Shown here: piece after piece, positions 56,765 through 64,000 of the stretch
Numbering within the stretch: the stretch's first letter is position 1
How the letters are laid out: each line of letters opens with the position of its first letter
Origin: Candidatus Spongiisociaceae bacterium
Lineage (GTDB): Bacteria > Actinomycetota > Acidimicrobiia > Spongiisociales > Spongiisociaceae
Direction of reading: 5' to 3'
Length of the DNA stretch: 64,000 nt
Assembly (NCBI GenBank): GCA_965262915.1
Contig: OZ253564.1
Coordinates: 1,376,001-1,440,000 of the forward strand
The notes under the pieces: generated by a model
The model's input: only the letters and a program-made list of their open reading frames with translations
What the model was told of the DNA's origin: nothing
Database searches by the model: none
Position numbers and translations under genes: made by a program

Positions 56765-56907
56765 CCCCATAACCCCTAAGTCGCGGTGACACCCCCAGCC
56801 GCATTAGACGAAAACGCAAAATCGGACTTAGCGCCGATGCTCACCCAACCCAACCCATTAGACGAAGTACAACCCGCCGATTTGGCACACATGATCAGGC
56901 AACCCCG

Positions 56908-57035
56908 TGTTGACGATCATCGAAATTCACTCATAGTGGATGGTGCCCCGTTTCTTAGGGGGTCACTGCGATGATGCGGGTGGCCCGTTGGACCGGGGGG
57001 CAGGTCTGACCCAACTGAAATAGTGATCGCCATCA
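56908..57035. mobile_element. 128-bp IS21-derived miniature element
   Basis: Left end tgttgacgatcatcgaaattc and right end (reverse complement) tgatggcgatcactatttc resemble the two ends of the IS21 at 38320-40594. Confidence 0.6.
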
Positions 57036-57211
57036 CCGAGGATCCCGATACCCTCACAGCAACTGACCACTCCGACGAACGCCGGCGCTGAACTACTCCG
57101 TTCCACTGGTTCCTCAAAGCGCCCTGCCGCTAACAAGGCCCGCTGGACACAACCCCAAAACCGGAACACCTACCGGACAGCCGCCGAGCGGGCCATCCCC
57201 TGAGTCACCCG

Positions 57212-57517
57212 CTACAGAGCCAGAAGTCCCTGGGGCTGTGCAGCTGGGGTCGGCTCTAGTCCGAAGATGGCTACCAGGTTGGCTAAGGCGTTGGCTGTGT
57301 CCTCGAAGTAGTTGGAATGGGTGACTTTGATGGCATCTATCGATTCGGCGCCCAGCAGGACCACCTCCACTCGGGTGTAATCCCGGTACTGCTCTTCGCG
57401 CTCGCTGTACGCCTTGAGCGCTTGAGCAGTGTCGCGGAACTCTTCGAGGCTGATCTGCTTCCTTGCGTCATGGTCGAACGTGATGAGGAAGTCAATGGTC
57501 TTGCGCTTTGCCATCAT
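57212..57517 (-). CDS. Putative antitoxin resembling the CapRel C-terminal sensor/anchor domain
   Basis: ALKAYSEREEQY...VEVVLLGAESIDAIKVTHSNYF. Confidence 0.7.
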   Translation of the reverse strand: MMAKRKTIDFLITFDHDARKQISLEEFRDTAQALKAYSEREEQYRDYTRVEVVLLGAESIDAIKVTHSNYFEDTANALANLVAIFGLEPTPAAQPQGLLAL

Positions 57518-57529
57518 GCCCTTCCCGGA

Positions 57530-58270
57530 TCAATGGTGATCAGACCTTATAGCAAGGCCGCCTACTGCAATCGTAGCCAGCCTGGTGAGAATATTCATGA
57601 GGTCCTCTGCGTACGGCTGGTCGGGCTCTCGCTTCGAGAGGCTCGTCGCCAGTTCCCTGAGCAGTTCGTGGACCTCGACTGGCCCTTCGTCGTTTTTGAA
57701 GTCGATGCCGGTCGTGTTGGTCAAATGCTCCACGAGTTTGGCCCAACTGTCTTGGTCTCGGGTGCGGAGCTGCATCTCGATTCGCCGGTTGTGGTACCTC
57801 GTGTAGATATGGACGGCCCGATAACCCGAGTCTTTAGGCGAGACCACATAGTCTTTGATGGTGTCGGACTTCTGGTTGCGCCTGAGGCTGTTCGCACAGA
57901 ATCGCTCTACAACCCGCTGGACCTGTTCTTGGGTGTCGAGAACAGCCCGACAGCCTCCGATATCCTGCATGCTCGACAGATCCAACCTGGGGAGCCGCCG
58001 AAGTTTGTCCTCAATGGTCGGCAGCCTCTTGAGCCGCCGTGAGACGTCAAGGCCGAAGCCCTCAGTGCGAAGGCATGACCGCAACCCCATGTATGCGGCG
58101 TTCAACGGCACAGCGTGAGCAGACCGGTAGGCCTCGACAACTCCCCGAGCCTTGCGGACTTCCTCAAGAGAAGATGCTTGCCCCGGCGTGGCCCGTGCTC
58201 GGCGCAGTGTCTTACCAGCACGTTTTACGTTGCCCAACGATCCGAACGAGGCTAGGGGTGGACCGGCCAT
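57530..58270 (-). CDS. RelA/SpoT-domain small alarmone synthetase (CapRel-like toxSAS)
   Basis: Motifs VKRAGKTL, YRSAHAVPL, RRLKRLPTIEDKL, MQDIGGCRAV, DY..PKDSGYRAVH and IEMQLRT. Confidence 0.88.
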   Translation of the reverse strand: MAGPPLASFGSLGNVKRAGKTLRRARATPGQASSLEEVRKARGVVEAYRSAHAVPLNAAYMGLRSCLRTEGFGLDVSRRLKRLPTIEDKLRRLPRLDLSSMQDIGGCRAVLDTQEQVQRVVERFCANSLRRNQKSDTIKDYVVSPKDSGYRAVHIYTRYHNRRIEMQLRTRDQDSWAKLVEHLTNTTGIDFKNDEGPVEVHELLRELATSLSKREPDQPYAEDLMNILTRLATIAVGGLAIRSDHH

Positions 58271-58359
58271 CTAGTAATCAGCAGTTGCCCGGGAAGGTAA
58301 GTCCATCGGGACGCGGTCCTTCGGATGGGTTTGAAGCAGGCATCTGGTCGAGGTCGGGA

Positions 58360-58880
58360 TCAAGTAAGACCTACCAGGCCGAGCAACTTCCACGCAAGCA
58401 CTACCAGGACCACCGGCATCGCAGCGGAGACCCCAACAGCGACGGTAGCGGTAGCTGACCGGCATAGGCGCCAGGAGCAGGGCATGAGCGCCACCAGGAA
58501 CGACGCCAAAAGGGCGGAAGCCCCCCAACTCACCGCGACAAAACCCAACCGGGCAACCTCGAGGACGCTACGGACCGACACGTGATCGACAACGGTCACT
58601 AACAAGGACAGGGCAACAAGCCCCGCCGAGACAAGCAGCCCCGCCACGGCTGCGATCGAAACAGAGGGTCCATCCATGACTCCAACGGCCCGGTCGACGA
58701 CACCGAAGCGGAACCAGGCCGCCAGCAACGCGACCGGCCACAGCCACAACACGGGAGCAAGGTCTAACGCGAGAGCAAAAAGGCCCGAGCGGGTAACGAA
58801 GAAGGCAGCCCACAGCCCGCCGGTCACCACCAGAGCGGCGATGTAAACAACGATGGCAGCCAGATTCCGGTCGCTATTAC
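58360..58880 (-). CDS. Multi-pass membrane hypothetical protein (start uncertain)
   Basis: About five hydrophobic segments in ORF 58360..59103; the upstream part overlaps the recombinase. Confidence 0.4.
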
Positions 58881-58913
58881 GCACCCGGTACGCCCACTCC
58901 CTAAACCTGATGC

Positions 58914-59858
58914 TCACCCCTGGCCGCCTGGACTGTCGAACTGGTTGGCTGTCATCCGGGCTACCGCTTCGACACCCGGTCGGGTATAGACAGACAGGGT
59001 TCGCAGGTCCCGGTGCCGGCTCTTGGCCTGCAGCATGACAGCCGACGCTCCTGCCTCTGCCAGATGCGTGAGGGAGGAGTGGCGGAGCTGGTGCAGCGTC
59101 CACCCACCGGAATGTTTGTGGAACTCCGCCGCGGCGGTTCGGTAGGAGAGCCGGGCTTGGCCGGTCGCCGCGTGCAGGTCACGCTGCGGTGGGGCGGTGC
59201 GGGACCTCCATCGGGTCAGGAACAGCGGCCCGCCGCTGCGGTCTGCGAGGTAGCGGCCGAGGAGACGGGCGGTCGGCGCCGCCCACAGGATCATGTCGAC
59301 GCTGCCGCCTTTGCTGCGGATCCGGGCCCGACGCCGGGCTCGGTCCAGGTCCTCCACATCCAAAGCCAGGACCTCTGACGCTCTGGCGGCTGTTTCGTAC
59401 AGCATCCGCCACAGCGTCTTCTCCCGAAGCGGCACGGTCCGCCGGCGCCACAGGTCCTCGAGATCCTCATAGGGGACCGCCCGGGTGTTGTCCGCCGGCC
59501 GCCGGCGGGCCGGCACCCCGGCCAGCAGCTCCTCCGCTAGGGGCCAGCGTTCACCGCACCAGGAAGCGAACGCCTGCACCGCGACCCGCCGGGCGTTCCA
59601 CGTTGCCGGCGCGCAACCATCCCACCGCTCCGCAAACACGGCCACCACAAGCTGCGGGTCGAGGTCAGTCACCGTACGGTCGTCGTCCACCGCTTCGACG
59701 AGGGGGTCGAGGGCTTTGCGGTAGGTGCGGCGGGTCTCCGCCGCGAGGTCACGGTGCGCGAAGAAGGCCTCCACCACCCCGGCCACCGACGGGACATGGC
59801 GCACCGGATGATCCGGCTCCGGACCTGCAGGTGGGGGGAAGTGGACAACAGAACCCAT
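58914..59858 (-). CDS. Tyrosine recombinase (XerC/D-like, no arm domain)
   Basis: LREKTLWRMLYETAARASE, SKGG, LHQLRHS and SRHRDLRTLSVY. Confidence 0.9.
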   Translation of the reverse strand: MGSVVHFPPPAGPEPDHPVRHVPSVAGVVEAFFAHRDLAAETRRTYRKALDPLVEAVDDDRTVTDLDPQLVVAVFAERWDGCAPATWNARRVAVQAFASWCGERWPLAEELLAGVPARRRPADNTRAVPYEDLEDLWRRRTVPLREKTLWRMLYETAARASEVLALDVEDLDRARRRARIRSKGGSVDMILWAAPTARLLGRYLADRSGGPLFLTRWRSRTAPPQRDLHAATGQARLSYRTAAAEFHKHSGGWTLHQLRHSSLTHLAEAGASAVMLQAKSRHRDLRTLSVYTRPGVEAVARMTANQFDSPGGQG

Positions 59859-59987
59859 ACCCCCGAGTATGCCCACCGGTGGTGACATTGCCGGGTAAAT
59901 AGGCCGGTTCGGGTGGTATTGCACATATTCCGCAGGGTTCACGCGTCGCGGCGGTTCGTGTTGTGCCTGGTCAGGAGGTTTCGGGCA

Positions 59988-60023
59988 GGTCGGGTATTGC
60001 AGGTATCCGCCTAATACCTGTAG
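59988..60023. promoter_or_regulatory. Putative recombinase core site 1
   Basis: tattgcaggtat-ccgccta-atacctgtaga inverted arms, upstream of the recombinase. Confidence 0.6.
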
Positions 60024-60369
60024 AAGCGGAGCGGGGGTGGTGTTGTTCACTCCGGGAATCCCGCTGCGGTCACCAAGCCTATACCTCACCCACCTGAATC
60101 AGCCAGGCGCCGGTTGCTGGCGGGACGCAGCGTGTGGAGGTTCTGTGTGTACAGGGAAGTGAGCTACGAGATCTTGGTCTCATTTCTTGTCCGGGGATGG
60201 TGGGTGTTCCCTCGGCTTGGTGGGTTCCTTCTGGCGGTTGGTCTTGGCGAGCAGCCACCAGATCAGGTAATCGGCCGCCACCTCTGGGGAGAGGGCGGAA
60301 TCCGCGGGACCGTTCTCGGGGTCGGAAGCCGTTGGTACTTTTCTTGTGGTGTACGGGGGGTGAAGATCC

Positions 60370-60670
60370 TTCGAGTTAGGTGACCGCCGGCGTCAGCCTC
60401 ACGGAGGTATTCGCACTGACCCTGAGGAGGAACGCTGTGGTCGGCAAGAGAACGGACGAGTTGGTGTGGTGACGCAACCATCTCGAGGCGGATGGCAATG
60501 ATCTGTTGCGGGAGATGGTTCGTAGCTTCGCCGCAGGGCCTGATGTCCGCGGAGGCAGATGTGGAAGATCTCGAGGGACTCGGAGATAGCGTTGGCCAAC
60601 TCGATACGGTTCCCGTGCCGTCGCAGGTCTGGTAGCTCGAACCGCAATACGAGCCCAGAAACAAGGTGAT
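60370..60670 (+). pseudogene. Degraded IS256-family transposase fragment
   Basis: LEADGNDLLREMVRSFA..LMSAEADV across a frameshift. Confidence 0.5.
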
Positions 60671-60708
60671 TCAGCCCTGCCAGTATGAGCGTTTTGTGTG
60701 AGGCTTGC

Positions 60709-62832
60709 TCAGCCGGTTTTGAATCCTGCGAGAGCCCAGCCCCAGCAGGTTATGCCGCCGTCGGTACGCAACCCACACGAATGAACCGAGCCGGCTTCGA
60801 TAGCCGTGAACTGCCCGCTTGGTGGGTTCAGTAGGCCGGGGATGTCGTACTCTTCGTTGCCTTCCCATTCGCCGTTGTCGCCCCAGCACGCGATGGTGCC
60901 ATCGGTACGCAACCCACACGAATGGTCGCCGCCGGCTGACACAGCGGCGAACTGCCCACCGGGGGGGTCTGCCTGGCCGATGTAGCTGCCGTCGATGTCG
61001 TCGTTGTTGCCCCAGCACGCGATGGTGCTATCGGTACGCAACCCACACGAATGGTCGCCGCCGGCTGACACGGCAGCGAACTGCCCACCGGGGGGGTCTG
61101 TTTGACCATGGTGGTTGAAACCCCAGCACACAATGGTGCTGTCGGTACGCAACCCACAGGAATAGAACGCGCCGGCTGACACGGCAGCGAATTGCCCACC
61201 GGGGGGGTCTGTTTGACCGATGTAGCTGCCGTCGTACTCGTGGTTGCTGCCCCAGCACACAATGGTGCTGTCGGTACGCAACCCACACGAATGGTCGAAA
61301 CCGGCTGACACGGCAGCGAACTGCCCGCCGGAAGCGTCTGTTTGACCATCGTGGTTGTCGCCCCAGCACGCAACGGTGCCATCGGTACGCAACCCACACG
61401 AATGATCCCTTCCGGTTGACACAGCGGCGAACTGCCCGCCGGGTGGGTCTAACTCGCCATGGAGGTTGGAATCACCCCAGCAGGTGATGGTGCTGTCGGT
61501 ACGTAACCCACAGACATAAAACAAGCCGGCTGACACGGCGGTGAACTGCCCGCCGGGGATCTCCAACTGACCGTCGAAATTGTTGCCCCAGCAATGTATG
61601 GTGCCGTCGGTGCGTAACCCACACGAATGAACCCTGCCGGCTGCGACGGCGGTGAACTCCCCATCCGGCGCCCCCGACGGTCCGTAGTAGGTGGAGCCCC
61701 AGCAAGACACGGTTCCGTCAGTACGCAACGCACACAAATGATCCTCACCGGCTGACACGGCGGTGAACTCCCCATCCGGCGCCCCCGACGGTCCGTAGTA
61801 GGTGGAGCCCCAGCAAGACACGGTGCCATCGGTACGCAACGCACACGAGAATCCGTAGCCGGCAGCAACAGCGGTGAACTCCCCATCCGGCGCGTCCAAC
61901 TGGCCGTCTTCGTCGGAGCCCCAGCAAGACACGGTTCCGTCAGTACGCAACGCACACGAGAATCCGTAGCCGGCAGCAACAGCGGTGAACTCCCCATCCG
62001 GCGCGTCCAACTGACCAAGATCATTCAAACCCCAGCACGCAACGGTGCCATCGGCACGCACCGCACACGAATGATCCTCACCGGCTGAGACACTGGTGAA
62101 CTGCCCACTGGGCACCCCAAAGCGCAAGTCTTCAGTGCCCGAAAAGAACCCCGAAAAGAACTCAGGGTTCCAGCATGCGATAGTACCGTCGCTGCGCAGC
62201 CCACAGGAATGCCACCTACCGGCCGAGACAGCGGTGAACTCCCCATCCGGCGCGTCCGATTGACCAACATTGTTCAAACCCCAGCACGCAACGGTGCCAT
62301 CGGCACGCACCGCACACGAATGATGCCCACCGGCTGCGACAGCAGTGAATCGGCTCTCGGTAACCAGAACTCCCCGGGTTGGTGAGCCATCCACTCCTCC
62401 CGTCCTGGCTGCTGCAGTCGTATCGGTAACCACCAGAGCTGGGATAGTTGTAGTGAGGGGCTGGGTAGCGGCAGCCGCCGCAACGAGGGGACCCTCCTCG
62501 GGTGTGCCCACCACAGTGGAGCCTTCCACCGGCGCATCGCTCACGGCGGCAGTCAGCACCGTCGTGGATGCCGTCATAGTCGAAGAGGACAAGACCGCCG
62601 TCCCGGTTGCAGCCGATCGCGAATCAGATGAACTGTCCCCACCGCTCAACAACAACACCACCACCCCAGTCGCTACAAGAACCCCCACAACACCGACCAG
62701 AGCAGCCCTAACCCTCACTACCCACCTCCTAACAAACCACAAGCACCCCATCATCACAATAACTAAAGTGCGTGCAACAACCGTAGAGCACATGCACCCC
62801 GGGCTGCATACTGATCGGCGCCGACACTGCAC
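60709..62832 (-). CDS. Secreted/membrane-anchored RCC1-repeat protein with 14 repeats (true start probably near 62715)
   Basis: 14 copies of F.AV.AG..HSC.LR.DGT..CWG after a hydrophobic leader and a Ser/Thr-rich linker. Confidence 0.92.
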   Translation of the reverse strand: MQCRRRSVCSPGCMCSTVVARTLVIVMMGCLWFVRRWVVRVRAALVGVVGVLVATGVVVLLLSGGDSSSDSRSAATGTAVLSSSTMTASTTVLTAAVSDAPVEGSTVVGTPEEGPLVAAAAATQPLTTTIPALVVTDTTAAARTGGVDGSPTRGVLVTESRFTAVAAGGHHSCAVRADGTVACWGLNNVGQSDAPDGEFTAVSAGRWHSCGLRSDGTIACWNPEFFSGFFSGTEDLRFGVPSGQFTSVSAGEDHSCAVRADGTVACWGLNDLGQLDAPDGEFTAVAAGYGFSCALRTDGTVSCWGSDEDGQLDAPDGEFTAVAAGYGFSCALRTDGTVSCWGSTYYGPSGAPDGEFTAVSAGEDHLCALRTDGTVSCWGSTYYGPSGAPDGEFTAVAAGRVHSCGLRTDGTIHCWGNNFDGQLEIPGGQFTAVSAGLFYVCGLRTDSTITCWGDSNLHGELDPPGGQFAAVSTGRDHSCGLRTDGTVACWGDNHDGQTDASGGQFAAVSAGFDHSCGLRTDSTIVCWGSNHEYDGSYIGQTDPPGGQFAAVSAGAFYSCGLRTDSTIVCWGFNHHGQTDPPGGQFAAVSAGGDHSCGLRTDSTIACWGNNDDIDGSYIGQADPPGGQFAAVSAGGDHSCGLRTDGTIACWGDNGEWEGNEEYDIPGLLNPPSGQFTAIEAGSVHSCGLRTDGGITCWGWALAGFKTG

Positions 62833-63082
62833 TGGTAATCACACCTGCGAGCGACCCCTCAACAGAATACCTGTGGGCAACCGGAAACGCGAGACACCCG
62901 AGTGACAGCACAGAAGATCGCCATCACAGGCACCGACACACCGGAACCCGGCCGTCATACACCGTAGAACTACGGCACCGAATACCAGACCCGACGCAGC
63001 AGTGACGATCACCGAAACCAGCCATGTCTGCTGATATGAGCGTACCGCAGCGCCGTCGTGCCCGGTCACAGTGTTTCGGTGG

Positions 63083-63120
63083 GGTCGGGTATCGCACATA
63101 TCCGCCCAATACCTGCAATA
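63083..63120. promoter_or_regulatory. Putative recombinase core site 2 (direct repeat of site 1)
   Basis: ggtcgggtatcgcacatat-ccgccca-atacctgcaata. Confidence 0.6.
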
Positions 63121-63659
63121 GTATCTCACCGAACAGAGGGACCAGGTCCGGCCAGGGTATGGCTGCGATTGAGCCGCAAGGAGTGGTCTTGGGTCAGCGG
63201 ATCGACCGGCTCGCGTCCCGAAGTCTAAAAGCGGTCATGCGGGCTGGGAGGGAAGTTTCTTTAACGCCGTGGAGGACCGTTGGTGTTGACCAAGGACCAT
63301 GTCGGCTGGGGTTGTACCAAACGGGTCCGTCTGCTTCGGGTTTACTCGATCACGTCGTGAGTTCTCAGTCCGGGGGGTGCCCATCGCTCTGTTGCCGGGG
63401 CTGTGCTGCGTGTGGTGGGGTATTGGAGAGGTTTTGGTGTTGATGTGAGGGACCATGTTCGGTACGACTGGCAGCGTTGGTGGTTGCCGGTGGGCACAAC
63501 TTTTGTGGAGGCTGCGCGATTTCGTGGGGTCCGGGTTCTGTTGTCGGTGTGAGAGTCACGTTATGAGGATTCCACGGGCTGCAAAACTGTTGGTGTTGGT
63601 GAACCCATTAGCGACTCGGCGTAGGATCTTGAGCAATGGATGGCGCGAGGTCTGGACTG

Positions 63660-63829
63660 CATGTCCATCGTCAGAGTGTCCGCGCGGTGGTGGACCGCCC
63701 AGGGCGACCCCCGAGGAACTCTATGCAGCTATGAGAGCGGCCTATGACTTCGGCGCGACCTGTCGCACGATTGGTGGCCGGATCGGTATCTCACAGTCAA
63801 CAGCCCGACGTTGGATCACTGGCACCTAG
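63660..63829 (+). CDS. Small HTH protein or fragment
   Basis: ELYAAMRAAYDFGATCRTIGGRIGISQSTARRWI. Confidence 0.4.
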
Positions 63830-64000
63830 CAACACTGAAGGCAGAGCCACCGGCGGTCTCAGGTGGAGGGTGGGTCCGCCAGCGTCCTCGTCGCTGGAAC
63901 CCAACCACGAGAACCCCCAAAGCCGAATCCGGAACCCCTGCGAAGCGAGAGGCATCTCATTGCCGGGCGCGGAGAGCCGCTGTGCTTTACTGCCCACTCA

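Larger units (their letters stand above)
54269..56906 (-). mobile_element. Tn3-family transposon derivative (TA pair, resolution site, tyrosine resolvase, internally deleted tnpA)
   Basis: IRs at 54269-54317 and 56858-56906; tnpA N-terminus (LAAYFYLDLEDIRWLRSHRNPVTRL, from ATG 54665) fused to its C-terminus (RFDHINPYSTY). Confidence 0.85.

Noticed and set aside
60709-62360. Diversity-generating retroelement acting on the RCC1 repeats
   Set aside because: No reverse transcriptase in the window, and no non-coding template differing only at adenines.

Overview
High-GC actinobacterial DNA. The RCC1-repeat, SLH and PPC fragments, hopanoid genes and IS content suggest an Acidimicrobiia-like, possibly host-associated organism (inference). 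There are three zones. (1) 1-15.8 kb: hpnC/hpnD followed by a decayed accessory island with a DUF3800-like gene plus downstream hairpin, a geranylgeranyl reductase, an intact IS1380, pseudogenes, a PLD-domain membrane protein, a RelE/HTH toxin-antitoxin pair and IS30/IS3 remnants. (2) 15.9-35.2 kb: conserved core genes (GGR-family reductase, MsiK-like ATPase, NCS2 permease, adenine/adenosine deaminase, rplY, pth, glpK, pgsA-like, HpnA-like, mfd, PPIase, mazG, eno, ftsB, DUF501, tRNA-Leu(UAA)), with a heptamer microsatellite before mfd. (3) 35.3-64 kb: an island starting at tRNA-Leu, with a P4-type integrase, IS21, IS3::IS30, membrane-protein cargo genes, an RxxxxH (HEPN-like) protein, Tn3 derivatives of Tn5401-like design, a split CapRel-like pair, and a tyrosine recombinase whose palindromic sites flank a 14-repeat RCC1 gene. 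The most unusual signal is a set of non-coding modules, including a roughly 28-bp hairpin in about 12 copies, that recur in both islands in shuffled order between single cargo genes. No CRISPR array or rRNA was seen. All calls are by eye from motifs; no database search was run.
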